From Planctomycetota bacterium (GTDB lineage: Bacteria > Planctomycetota > B15-G4 > JADJEK01): DNA of 64,000 nucleotides. The notes beneath the pieces were generated by a model, which saw nothing but the letters and a program-made list of their open reading frames with translations, had not been told where the DNA came from and did not search any database. A program made the position numbers and the translations under genes. This document shows positions 1-9,709 of this stretch, one piece after another (position 1 is the stretch's first letter; the number at the start of each line of letters is the position of its first letter). The stretch covers positions 1-64,000 of the forward strand of contig JBGAIQ010000005.1 of the NCBI GenBank assembly GCA_044225365.1, given 5' to 3'.

Positions 1-968
1 GGCCCCCCGAGCCATTCAAGAATCGTTTCGATCCGGGCTACCCGAAGGACGGCAAGCCGTACACGGGGCCGCTGCCCGAGTACTTCCACTACTGGCCGGT
101 GAACGAGAAGTTCGAGATGCAGATTCCTCCGGGGTCCTCGAAGGAGGAGCTGCAGGACGCGAAGGAGAAGCTGAAGTTCGGCGATTCGCCGCTCCTCTCT
201 CCTCGCTTCGTCGAGCGCGTGACCGCGCTCTACGACGGCGAGATCGCCTACACCGACGACCAGATCGGCAAGCTCCTCGACGGAGTGAAGCGCCTCGGGC
301 TGATGGACGAAGTGGTCACGGTGGTCTCCGCCGATCACGGCGAGAGCCTCGGCGAGCACGACTTCTACTTCGACCACGGCGAGTTCCTCTACGACACCTG
401 CCTCCACGTGCCGCTCGTGATCCGCGCGCCGGGGCTCGCCAAGGCGATCGAGGTGCCCGACCTCGTCGGCACGATCGACATCGCTCCAACGCTCCTCGAG
501 CTGCTCGGCGGCAAGCCCCTCGCGAACATCCAGGGACGCTCGCTCGTGCCCCACTTCCAGGGCGCGAAACTGCCGCCGCGCGAATACCTCGCCGAGAGCG
601 GTGAGCCGTTGTTCCCGGAGGGCAATCCGCGGTTCAAGGGCCTGAAGGAACTGCCGAAGGACCCGGAGCAGCGCTTACGCGCGTTCAACACGAACAGTCG
701 CTTGAAGCTGATCTGGGATCCCACGTCGCAGAAGATCAAGGTGTTCGACGTCTCGAAGGACCCGGGCGAGAAGAACGATCTATCCAACGATCCCAAGATC
801 CAGCAGCAGGTGGGATCCGCGCGAAAGGAACTCGAGGGACTTCGCCAGATCGACTCGGGGGTACTCCCGAGCAACATGGATCCCGAGGCCGCGGAATGGC
901 TACGGCAGAACGGATACCTACTCGCTCCCGTGCCCCCGCCGCCCGCTCAGAAGAGCAAGAAGAAGTAG
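1..968 (+). CDS. Sulfatase family protein, C-terminal part (5' truncated by window edge)
   Basis: Frame is open from position 3. Motifs YDGEIAYTD, SADHGE, HVPLVIRAP, DIAPTLLELLG and FDVSKDPGE are typical of the C-terminal half of sulfatases. Confidence 0.9.
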   Translation, partial: PPEPFKNRFDPGYPKDGKPYTGPLPEYFHYWPVNEKFEMQIPPGSSKEELQDAKEKLKFGDSPLLSPRFVERVTALYDGEIAYTDDQIGKLLDGVKRLGLMDEVVTVVSADHGESLGEHDFYFDHGEFLYDTCLHVPLVIRAPGLAKAIEVPDLVGTIDIAPTLLELLGGKPLANIQGRSLVPHFQGAKLPPREYLAESGEPLFPEGNPRFKGLKELPKDPEQRLRAFNTNSRLKLIWDPTSQKIKVFDVSKDPGEKNDLSNDPKIQQQVGSARKELEGLRQIDSGVLPSNMDPEAAEWLRQNGYLLAPVPPPPAQKSKKK

Positions 969-1083
969 CGCGATCGCGAAACGTTCGAGTCGCCGACTGA
1001 AGGCGCGCCCTCGCGTCCTCGGTATTTCGTCGATACGATCCGCGCCGATCGTCGGATTCGACGCTTCGAACCGGAGCCCTCGC

Positions 1084-1698
1084 TTGAACAGCCCGCTCGT
1101 CTACTGCGGCCCCATGTGGGGTGGAAAGACCGAAGGTCTGATCTCCCGCCTCGTGCGCGCCCGCATCCAGAACGTCCACGCCAAGGCGTTCAATCCGCGC
1201 CAGAACAAACGCGGCGCGATCGATGAGATCCGAGCCCATTCCGGCGCGACCTTCCCCGCGATCCCCGTCGAGCACGGCAAGCAGATCGTCGAAGAAGCCT
1301 ATGACGTCGAGGTCGTCGGCATCGACGAGATCTTCATGATCCCCGGGATCGTCGAGGCGATCCGCACGCTGAACCAGTTGAAGAAGAAGATCGTGATCGC
1401 GACGCTCGACATGGACTCGGAAGGAGTCGTGTGGGAGTCGGTCGGCCAGGTGCTCGGGATGGCGCAGCAGGTCGAGAAGTGCCCTGCGGTGTGCGCGACC
1501 TGCAAGCGCGACGCGTACTACACGTATCGACGCCCCGATGCGCCAAACGATCGAATCCTCGTCGGCGCGCAGAACTTCTACGAGCCTCGCTGTTACTCGT
1601 GCTGGTCCGCGGGCCAGGCCGAGAAGCGGATGCAGAAGGGCCAGAAGCGTCTGTTCGACGCCTCACCCCGCGAGGACGCCGCCGTCGAGCCGATGTGA
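1084..1698 (+). CDS. tdk: Thymidine kinase
   Basis: P-loop GPMWGGKT, Walker B IGIDE-like (VGIDE), Zn site CATC...CYSC, and lasso motif ILVGAQNFYEPRC. Confidence 0.92.
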   Translation: MNSPLVYCGPMWGGKTEGLISRLVRARIQNVHAKAFNPRQNKRGAIDEIRAHSGATFPAIPVEHGKQIVEEAYDVEVVGIDEIFMIPGIVEAIRTLNQLKKKIVIATLDMDSEGVVWESVGQVLGMAQQVEKCPAVCATCKRDAYYTYRRPDAPNDRILVGAQNFYEPRCYSCWSAGQAEKRMQKGQKRLFDASPREDAAVEPM

Positions 1699-1799
1699 AT
1701 CGGGAACCTTCGGGACTCGCTCTTCGTAATCCGCGCTGAGGGCGGCGCGGTTTCGCCGACGCTCCCTCGTGAAATCGGGCGGGTCGAGCGGAGAGGATC

Positions 1800-2588
1800 A
1801 TGACGCGCGGGCATCGTCCGGAACGACGCGAGTTCGAGATCGACGGCTGCGTCGCCGTCGTCACCGACTACGCGCCGAATTCCTTCCAGGACTTCCACGA
1901 GCACGACTACGACTCGCTCGCGTTCGTGCTCGCCGGCAAGTTGCACGAATCCGTGGGCACGGGGACGCGCGTCGTCGGGCCGGGGACTCTGCTCGTGAAG
2001 CCCGCCGGCGTGCGGCACGCAGACGAGTATCGCGACTTCAAAGCGCGCGTGCTGTCGCTGCGGCAGGGCGCGCGCCACACGTTGCGCAGCCGAAGATGGT
2101 TCGAACACGTCTCCGCGTATCGGATCGTTCGCAGTCCGCCGCTGACGCAACGATGGCTGCAGCTCTACTCGGCTCTGCGCCAGGGCGGCGGGATCCGGTC
2201 GCTCGTCGGGCGACTCGACGAGATCGCGGGCGTTATCGGGCGGGACGCCGCGCCCGCGCCGATCGGATCCCGCTTCGCCCGATTCGCCCGTATGGCCGCG
2301 GCGATCGAGCACGATCCGACCCGGTCGACCGTCGACCTCGCTCGCGAGTTTGGCGGTCATCCGGTTGCGCTCGCCCGCGACTTCAAGCGCGTCTTCGGTT
2401 GTTCGCCGAGCGCCTATGCGCGACGCGTTCGGGCGGAGCGGGCCGCGGGGGCGGTCGTCGCGGGCGAGTCGATCGCGAGCGCAGCTACGGAGTTCTCCGA
2501 TCAGGCGCACTTCACGCGCGTTCTCAAATCCGAGTTCGGATTCTCCCCGGCGGCATTTCGCGAGATCGCGTGCGACGACGGTTGCTGA
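1800..2588 (+). CDS. AraC-family transcriptional regulator with N-terminal cupin domain
   Basis: N-terminal HEHD cupin motif; C-terminal LARDFKRVFGCSP and FSDQAHFTRVLKSEFGFSP helix-turn-helix signature. Confidence 0.88.
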   Translation: MTRGHRPERREFEIDGCVAVVTDYAPNSFQDFHEHDYDSLAFVLAGKLHESVGTGTRVVGPGTLLVKPAGVRHADEYRDFKARVLSLRQGARHTLRSRRWFEHVSAYRIVRSPPLTQRWLQLYSALRQGGGIRSLVGRLDEIAGVIGRDAAPAPIGSRFARFARMAAAIEHDPTRSTVDLAREFGGHPVALARDFKRVFGCSPSAYARRVRAERAAGAVVAGESIASAATEFSDQAHFTRVLKSEFGFSPAAFREIACDDGC

Positions 2589-2664
2589 CGTTCAAGACTC
2601 CGCGGGCAGGAGGTGCGATCCTCTCTCCTTCCGCCCGCTGCCGGAATCCGGATCGGAGCTCGAA

Positions 2665-4203
2665 ATGTCCCTCGTCGCCAACGCGCTCGCTCTCGTCCTC
2701 GTCCTCCCAAACGAACCCGTGACCGATTCACCCGATTCACCCGATTCACCCCATTCACAGGCCGGCTCGATCCCGCCCGCACGACTCGCCGCGCTGCGCG
2801 CTCGCGTCGAGGAGAGCTTGAAGCTGACGAGGGTCCCGGGCCTGTGCCTCGTCGGCGTGAAGGACGGGGAGATCGTGCTGCGCGAGAGCTTCGGGCGAAG
2901 ACGTCCGGACTCGGATGCGAAGGTCGATGCCGACACCCGCTTCTACATCGCGTCCGTCACGAAGACCTTCGTCGCGACCGCGATGATGACGCTCGTCGCC
3001 GATGGAAAGGTCGCGCTCGCGGATCCGGTGAAGAAGTACCTCCCGGGATTCGATCTCGTCGATCACGGCGCGGCGGCGACGATCACCCTCGAGGATCTCC
3101 TCTCGCACCGACCGGGCTTACAGTGCGAACCCGTCGTCTTCCGCGATGCGTACTCGGGGCAGATCGACGACGCGACGTACTTCGATCTCCTCGCGATGAC
3201 GAGGCCGGGCTCCGCGCCGTCGTATTCGAACATCCATTTCACGTTGCTCGGTCGAGTGCTCGAAGCGGTCGAGAAGACGCCGAACGCCGCGCCCGCCTGG
3301 CGCGACGTGCTCGCGCAACGGCTCTTCGCGCCGCTCGGGATGACGCGCACGACGGGATACGCGTCCGTCCTGTGGGGCGATGAGAACAGCGCCGTGCCGA
3401 CGAACGGCGCGGGCGACGGGAGCGTCATCCTCCCCCACAAGTCGGATCGGACGATGCACGCCGCGGGCGGCCTCGGCACGACTGGCAACGACGCCGCGAA
3501 ATGGCTGCTCTTCCACCTCGGGCACTCGAACGCCGTCCCGCCGGTACTCTCCAAGGACCAGCTCGCGAGCATGCGTGTCCTGCGGACGAAGGCTCCCGAT
3601 CCGATCCCTCTCGACTTCGTCTCGCTCGACGGCTTCGGCCTGGGCTGGAACATCGGCACGTACCGCGGCTTCCCGATCTGCGCGCACGGCGGTAACTACG
3701 CGGGTTCCGCCGCGTTCTTCGTCTTCCTCCCGAGCCAGGACATCGGCGCCGCGGTCCTCCTCAATCGCGACTCGACCTCCACGATGGCGCTCGCCTTCGT
3801 GGACGCGCTCGATCTGTTGCTCGGGCGCGATCTCGATCCGCAGATGATCGAGATGTCGCGATCCACGGGCGCGGGCGCTCGCTGGCCGTCGCTCGCGGGT
3901 GCTCCGAAGGATCCCTGCGCGACGCCCGGCGGACTCACGCTCGATAGATCGAAGTACGTCGGCAGCTACCGCGATGACCGTTTCGGCACGGTCGAAGTCA
4001 GCCTCGACGGTCCCCGCCTTCGCGTCACGCTCGGGGACTACGACTTCGTTCTCGACTCGACGGGCGCGGATCGCTTCGACGCCTGCTACGGCCCGCTCGA
4101 GCGCGTCGCCGGATCGTTCGAATTGAGCGACGACGGGAAGTCCGTGGAGTACGTGTCGCTCGCCATCTCCGGGACTTCTCCGATCCTGTTCGAGCGACAG
4201 TGA
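2665..4203 (+). CDS. Serine hydrolase (class C beta-lactamase-like) with C-terminal DUF3471-like domain
   Basis: SxxK motif (IASVTK), YSN, LLSH, HGG; C-terminal YVGSYRDDRFG. Start placed at ATG 2665 after GGAG. Confidence 0.85.
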   Translation: MSLVANALALVLVLPNEPVTDSPDSPDSPHSQAGSIPPARLAALRARVEESLKLTRVPGLCLVGVKDGEIVLRESFGRRRPDSDAKVDADTRFYIASVTKTFVATAMMTLVADGKVALADPVKKYLPGFDLVDHGAAATITLEDLLSHRPGLQCEPVVFRDAYSGQIDDATYFDLLAMTRPGSAPSYSNIHFTLLGRVLEAVEKTPNAAPAWRDVLAQRLFAPLGMTRTTGYASVLWGDENSAVPTNGAGDGSVILPHKSDRTMHAAGGLGTTGNDAAKWLLFHLGHSNAVPPVLSKDQLASMRVLRTKAPDPIPLDFVSLDGFGLGWNIGTYRGFPICAHGGNYAGSAAFFVFLPSQDIGAAVLLNRDSTSTMALAFVDALDLLLGRDLDPQMIEMSRSTGAGARWPSLAGAPKDPCATPGGLTLDRSKYVGSYRDDRFGTVEVSLDGPRLRVTLGDYDFVLDSTGADRFDACYGPLERVAGSFELSDDGKSVEYVSLAISGTSPILFERQ

Positions 4204-4231
4204 CGCGGGAGATGCGGCGGGCGAGCGATCC

Positions 4232-6031
4232 TCAAAGCGTGTAACGCACGCGAATCTGCGCCGGATACTGCTTCGGCTGCACCAGGATCGACCTTCCGTT
4301 GAGGCGCATCGGCGCGGCGGTCTCGCACTCGAAGTTGCGAGCGGCCGCGATCTTCTCGTAGATCACCGCACGGACCGGTTGCTCCAGCGTGAGCGTGTCT
4401 TCGACCTCGAGCTCGAGATCGCCGAACGTATAGCGCCGCGTGAGCGCCGAGCCCTTCAGCACCGTGCCGTCGCGACGGGCGAGCATCGACGAGTAGACGA
4501 CCGAGTTGCCCTCGATCGACATCGACGGGGAGACGTCGTAGTGACTCGCGGAGCGGCCCTTCATCTCGTCGCGCAGCTTCAGCACGACGTGGCGCAATGG
4601 ATACTCGAGCGAATGCCGCGTATTGCCCGCCTTTCGCTCGACGTTCGCGATGTAGAGCCGAAAGCGCATGTCGTGGCGATTGTCGCGATAGAACGCCATC
4701 ACGCGCTGCTTGAACGAGGGCCGATTCTCAGGCGTCACCGCGAAGTTGCCGGGCGCCTGCGAGGTCCACTTCGGTATCGAGACGCGGTCCTTCCACCCAT
4801 CGTCGCGCCGACCGAAGTAGAGCAGACTCCCTCCGCCTACCTCGCCGCCGAAGCTGATGTTGATCGGTTGCTTCTTCCCGCGCAGGATCGCGACGTAGTC
4901 CTTGCGCTCGACGCGCACGATCCCCGAACTCTCGAAGACCTCGATGCCGGTGGGTTCGGGCTCCGACACCTTCTTCGGGATCTGATGGAGCACTCGCGCG
5001 ATCCACGCGACGTGACCGTTCCAGAAGTCCCGGCACTGGAAATTGATCTCGGAACCGTGGTGACTCGTCACGCCGCCGTCTTGTTCCACGTGAGAGAGGA
5101 GCTGATCGAGCGCGACCTTGCCGTACCAGGCAAGGCGATCGTCTCCGAAGAACCGCGCGCCCTCGAGCAGCGCCTGCACGTCGAAGCTGTGACTCGCGAC
5201 TTCGTACGGCGACTCCCAGTACCACTGCTTCGCTTCGTTGACGAGCGGCTTGATCCCGTCCTTGCCGAACAGCGCGGCGAGGAAGTGGAAGCCGCGGTCG
5301 AGCCACTCTCTCACGTCGGGCTCGGGCTCCTGCTCGAGGCAGCGGTAGACGTAGAGCGCGAAGCCGAGATGCCGCGAGTGATAGAACGTCGTGATGTCCG
5401 AGAGTCCCGCGTGTTCGCCGTGTTTCTCCGGCTCGGGCATGTAGGGAATCGACCCGTCGGGATTCGACTGCGCGATGGCGATCCGCACCGCCTCCTTCGC
5501 GATCTCCCCGTACTCCTTCTTGTCGAACGTGCGGGCCGCTCGCGCGAGTCCGGTCGCGCCCCACAATCGTTGGGCGGGGACTTCCTTCACGAGGGCGGCG
5601 CGCGACAGGTAGGACTGACACACGCGATGCACCGCGTCGGCGATCTGCCCGCGTTCGATCTCGGAGAAGAGTTCGGGAGCTTCCCCGACCACCTCCGACA
5701 GGACGTCGCAGCAGGCGCCGGAATCGATCAGGTTCGACGCGGCGTTGCGCGCATCGAGGCTGCCCGGGAAGAACACCGACGCCCCGCTCTTCGGATCCGA
5801 ACGAACCATCGACAGGGTGCGCAGGACCCGATCCCGGATCCGCGCTTTGTAACGCTCGTCACCGGTTTCGCGTAACAGCACGAGGTCGATCGACGCCGAG
5901 TAGACCCCTTTTCCGGTGTGCTCGATCTGATGCCGCGGACAGAGCATCGACCCATCCGAGGCCACGCGCGACGCGAACCAATCGGAGACTCCCTTCAAGA
6001 AGTCGAGCGGTGTCAGCGGCGCGTGAGGCAT
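4232..6031 (-). CDS. Uncharacterised protein; probable alpha/alpha-toroid plus beta-sandwich (heparinase II/III-like architecture)
   Basis: Long ORF with native codon bias, overlapping the upstream stop. Helical repeats with QSNPDGSIPY and DGGVTSH turns, followed by a beta-rich C-terminus. The fold call is inference. Confidence 0.6.
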   Translation of the reverse strand: MPHAPLTPLDFLKGVSDWFASRVASDGSMLCPRHQIEHTGKGVYSASIDLVLLRETGDERYKARIRDRVLRTLSMVRSDPKSGASVFFPGSLDARNAASNLIDSGACCDVLSEVVGEAPELFSEIERGQIADAVHRVCQSYLSRAALVKEVPAQRLWGATGLARAARTFDKKEYGEIAKEAVRIAIAQSNPDGSIPYMPEPEKHGEHAGLSDITTFYHSRHLGFALYVYRCLEQEPEPDVREWLDRGFHFLAALFGKDGIKPLVNEAKQWYWESPYEVASHSFDVQALLEGARFFGDDRLAWYGKVALDQLLSHVEQDGGVTSHHGSEINFQCRDFWNGHVAWIARVLHQIPKKVSEPEPTGIEVFESSGIVRVERKDYVAILRGKKQPINISFGGEVGGGSLLYFGRRDDGWKDRVSIPKWTSQAPGNFAVTPENRPSFKQRVMAFYRDNRHDMRFRLYIANVERKAGNTRHSLEYPLRHVVLKLRDEMKGRSASHYDVSPSMSIEGNSVVYSSMLARRDGTVLKGSALTRRYTFGDLELEVEDTLTLEQPVRAVIYEKIAAARNFECETAAPMRLNGRSILVQPKQYPAQIRVRYTL

Positions 6032-7491
6032 AGGACGCGGACTCGTGAGAAGGGCGAGAGCAGGGGTTCCAATGGGGTCGCGAGCGAGCAGAGCAGGCGC
6101 ACCGTACGTACGATCCATGAAGTTCGTCCCGGGGTGCGGCGCTCGACCAATTCAAGCGACCGCGGATCCGGGAGAGGCAACAAACGTGCCTCATTTTGGA
6201 TGCGGAGTCCGCAAGCCTCGACCAACCGCCGAACATACCCCGGGGAGAGCGCTTCGAAGGGCCCGATCAGATTGGGCTCGGGAACCGGAGAGACCTCGAC
6301 CGACCGCCGTCCCATTTTGCGCCGCAGCGCGTACGCCGGCAAGTGCCACGACCGGCGGCTGACGTACGCCAGGACGATGCGGCCTTCGGGCGCGAGCCTC
6401 GCGGCGATTTCCTTCAGGAGTTCTTCGCGATGGGCCTTCGGGATCCCCTCGAGGCGGAAGAGGATCGTCGCGACGTCGAACGGCCCGGTCTGGACGTCGG
6501 GATATGGGAGCACCCGCGGCATCACGACGAGCCCGCCCGATTCGCGCAGGAGTTGGACCTTCTCCCCCGCCTTGGCGCACCCAGCGAGGATCCGGTCCGT
6601 CGCGGCGAGCGGGAACGGCACGAAACCGACCTTCCCGCCGCACCGCCGCGTCGCGAAGAAGTGATTCTCCGCGGAGATCTCGGCGACCGCGAGACTCGGT
6701 GCGCTCCCCCCTTCCGAGAGCGACTTGTGCAGCATCTCGGTGAACATCGCCGTCCCGGAGAGGACATCGAGCCAGCGCAATGGAGAGGGAGTCGAGGCCG
6801 CTCCCATGAAGCGACGGACCGCACCGAGAACCGGATCGCAGAATCCGAGATTCGGTTTGTTGTATCGCGTACCGCTTTGCAGCTTCCGCTTGAAGTAGAG
6901 CGCGATCTGCTCGAGTGTCCAGTCGTCGGGATCGGGCGATCGCGGAAGCGATCCCTTCCCCTCGAACTGCTCGCGATGGACCACTTCGGACAGTGGACGC
7001 CGTTCGGGCATCGGCGGTGGCTCGGGATTCTGCGGATACCCGAGACATACGAGAGCGAGGACCTCGTAGTCGTCGGGGACCTTCAGGATCGCGCGCACCC
7101 GGTCGCGGTCGCCGAGTGCATTGACCCAGAGCGATGCGAGTCCGCGCGCCGTCGCGGCGAGCAGCAGCGTCATCACGGCGGCCGAAGCGCTCTGCACGTT
7201 CGCGAGGCCCTCGCGGGCGAGTTCCCTGTCGTAGGCTACGAACAGGGTGACCGGCGCGATGAGGACCGATTTCGTTTCTGCAGCGAGCAACTGTTTCGTC
7301 GCCGCGTCCGTCACCCAGATGAAGTCCCAGGTCTGCAGGTTGCACGACGACGGCGTGTAACGCGCGGCATCGATCACTTCGAGCACCAACGAAGCGGGAA
7401 CCTCGCGCTTCAGATCGAAGCGACGAACGCTGCGGCGCGCCTTGATCGCGTCGAACACGCCCATCTCGAAGCGCTGCGCTTCGTCCGTCAT
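6013..7491 (-). CDS. Nitroreductase fused to a class I SAM-methyltransferase-like domain
   Basis: N-terminal RRSVRRF, TPSSCNLQTWDF and LVCLGYP (nitroreductase); C-terminal LDVLSGT, FDVATILFRLE and LAPEGRIVL (methyltransferase-like). ATGA overlap with the upstream gene. Confidence 0.8.
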   Translation of the reverse strand: MTDEAQRFEMGVFDAIKARRSVRRFDLKREVPASLVLEVIDAARYTPSSCNLQTWDFIWVTDAATKQLLAAETKSVLIAPVTLFVAYDRELAREGLANVQSASAAVMTLLLAATARGLASLWVNALGDRDRVRAILKVPDDYEVLALVCLGYPQNPEPPPMPERRPLSEVVHREQFEGKGSLPRSPDPDDWTLEQIALYFKRKLQSGTRYNKPNLGFCDPVLGAVRRFMGAASTPSPLRWLDVLSGTAMFTEMLHKSLSEGGSAPSLAVAEISAENHFFATRRCGGKVGFVPFPLAATDRILAGCAKAGEKVQLLRESGGLVVMPRVLPYPDVQTGPFDVATILFRLEGIPKAHREELLKEIAARLAPEGRIVLAYVSRRSWHLPAYALRRKMGRRSVEVSPVPEPNLIGPFEALSPGYVRRLVEACGLRIQNEARLLPLPDPRSLELVERRTPGRTSWIVRTVRLLCSLATPLEPLLSPFSRVRVLCLTRR

Positions 7492-8570
7492 CGCGGCGCT
7501 CCCGTGGGAGCGCGAAGCGAATCCTCCATCTCGCGCACGAGTCGAGCCGCGAGCTTCGAGAGATCGTGCTTCTCGGTCACGATCGCGCGCAGCGTCGCGC
7601 CGAGCGCTCGCCGTTCGACATCGCTCATCGCGAGCGCGCGCTCGATGCGGTCGGCGAGCGCCGCCGCATCGCCGCGCGGGAACATGAGGCGATTGGAGAG
7701 GTTTCCAAAGACCTCCTCGAACGATTCGTTGCACGTGATGGCGATCCGTTCGCAGGCCATCGCTTCGAGGACGGTCTTGTCGATGCTGCCGGTGAGCGAG
7801 GGGGTCACGAAGAGCGGCGCGCGCAGGAAGACGTCGCGAATCGCGGTGTGCGGGACGGGACCGAGCGACGTGAATCGATCGGCGAGGTGCAATTCTCGAG
7901 CGCGATCGAAGACCTGCTTGCTGTACGCGTCGTGCGACTCGAGCAAGGTTCCACCCGCGAGGAGGACCGAGACCCTCTTGCCGCGCGCATCGAGGATTCC
8001 AAGGGCCTCGACGAGCGTGAGCGGGTCCTTGGCCGGCGCGATGCGACCGATCACCGCGATGTCGTGCGTCGGTCGCGTGGACTCATCCTTTGCGAAGGCG
8101 CGCGTATCGATGCCGTGGCCCGTCACGACCTTCTTGCGGGTCGGCAGACGGAACGAGAGCTCCGACGCGGTGAACGCCTTCACGATGAGCGGTTCGGCGC
8201 AGCGCAACGCCCAGTCGACGCCCTTGTGCGTGTACCACAGGAACGATCGGATCCCCATCGGGATCGCGAACGGCGCGGCGTACACCGCGTATCGCGGCAC
8301 CATGTGCGCGAGGATCGCGTCGACCTCGCGGCGGCGGCAAGCTCCGCCGACGACACACGCGAATTCGCGGAGGATCGAGAGCGTGCCGTGGCCCCGCTCC
8401 TTGCCGAGCGAGCGGACTTCCACGTTCGACGGCAGTTCACAGCGCCCCGCCTTCAGCGGCACGACGATGAGCTTCTCGAGATGCGCCGCGAGCGCGCGCA
8501 TCCATTCGTGTGCGAACCCGAGGATCGGATCGTCGCGATCGAGCACCTGCGTGATCACGAGCAATCTCAT
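7488..8570 (-). CDS. Glycosyltransferase family 4
   Basis: GHGID, GRIAPAK and GSIDKTVLEAMAC (variant of the EX7E motif); ATGA coupling. Confidence 0.9.
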   Translation of the reverse strand: MRLLVITQVLDRDDPILGFAHEWMRALAAHLEKLIVVPLKAGRCELPSNVEVRSLGKERGHGTLSILREFACVVGGACRRREVDAILAHMVPRYAVYAAPFAIPMGIRSFLWYTHKGVDWALRCAEPLIVKAFTASELSFRLPTRKKVVTGHGIDTRAFAKDESTRPTHDIAVIGRIAPAKDPLTLVEALGILDARGKRVSVLLAGGTLLESHDAYSKQVFDRARELHLADRFTSLGPVPHTAIRDVFLRAPLFVTPSLTGSIDKTVLEAMACERIAITCNESFEEVFGNLSNRLMFPRGDAAALADRIERALAMSDVERRALGATLRAIVTEKHDLSKLAARLVREMEDSLRAPTGAPR

Positions 8571-9709
8571 CGGCGCGCGCCTTCTCCGAACCGCAGCAGT
8601 TCACGCGCGTAGTTCCCGATCATCGCGTCGCGCTCGAAGGGCAGGACGGCCTCGCGGCCGCGAGCGCCCATCGCCGCGCGGCGGTCGTCGTCGTCGAGCA
8701 GCGCGAGGATCGCGGTCGCGAGCGTGTCGACGTCCCACTGGAACAGGAGCCCGTTCACGCCATCCTGCACGAGCTCCGCCATCAGTCCGACCGGGGTCGT
8801 GATCACCGGCGTGCCGCACGCCATCGCCTCGCACGTGACGCGCGGGCCGCCTTCGGAGGTCGAGGCGCAGACGAGCATCCGCGATTCGTCGTAGGCCTTC
8901 GCGAGGTCTTCCTGCGTCGGGAGGAATCTCTCGTGGCGGATCCACTCGAGCACTCCGAGGCGTTTGGCGAGATCGAGCAGTTCCCTCTCGAGCGGCCCGG
9001 TTCCGACGAGGAGGAGACTCGCGGCCCGGCCCATCTGCTTGATGCGGTGCATTGCGCGCACGACGAGGTCGAACCGCTTGTTCGCGACCAGCCGACCGAC
9101 CGCGACGACGTCGAATCGCTTGGAGCGTCCCCGTGGCGCAAAGACGCCGTGATCGAGATAGAGCGAAGGAATGACCGCGATCTTCTCGCGCGGCACTCCC
9201 CACTTCGTGAGCAGGTTCGGCATCTCGACGCGATTCACGACGCGGATCGCAACCGCGTGCTTCGCGGCCATCGGGACGTACCAGCGCGCGAGGATCCGAT
9301 CGAGCCGTTCGCGAAGGCTCGCTGCGAGCGGAACACCGGGAACGTGATGGATCTCCGAGAGGTACGGAAGGCCGAACTCCCGGTGCAGTTTGAGCGCCGC
9401 CATCCCGTTGTAGAAGAAGCCGTAGTCGTGCGACGTGGCGATCGCGTACTCGCGCTCCTTCAGGAGCCGCCGACCGGTGGAGAGAACGTGGTCGTACTGC
9501 GCGAGACGCGATCCGGCGCCCGGATGGAGCACCACGTTCTCGAACAGGCTGCGCGTCGTGACGGGTCCGTCCGGCCGCGGCGCGATGACGTCGATGCGCG
9601 CGAAGTGCCGCGACAAGACTTCGAGGACTCCGTAGAACACGCCGCGACGCCCGGTCGCGAGGACCGTGTCGCCGGAGATCATCAGCAGGTTCTTGTCGGC
9701 AGCGGTCAC
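8567..9709 (-). CDS. Glycosyltransferase family 4
   Basis: VGRLVANK and STSEGGPRVTCEAMACGTPV. Confidence 0.9.
   Translation of the reverse strand: MTAADKNLLMISGDTVLATGRRGVFYGVLEVLSRHFARIDVIAPRPDGPVTTRSLFENVVLHPGAGSRLAQYDHVLSTGRRLLKEREYAIATSHDYGFFYNGMAALKLHREFGLPYLSEIHHVPGVPLAASLRERLDRILARWYVPMAAKHAVAIRVVNRVEMPNLLTKWGVPREKIAVIPSLYLDHGVFAPRGRSKRFDVVAVGRLVANKRFDLVVRAMHRIKQMGRAASLLLVGTGPLERELLDLAKRLGVLEWIRHERFLPTQEDLAKAYDESRMLVCASTSEGGPRVTCEAMACGTPVITTPVGLMAELVQDGVNGLLFQWDVDTLATAILALLDDDDRRAAMGARGREAVLPFERDAMIGNYARELLRFGEGARR

Noticed and set aside
2725-2760. GATTCACCC tandem repeat (DSPDSPDSP)
   Set aside because: Short in-frame linker expansion after the signal region; ordinary slippage.
2665-4203. 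Beta-lactam resistance gene
   Set aside because: The SxxK fold with a DUF3471-like tail is typical of peptidases and esterases; there is no evidence for beta-lactamase activity.
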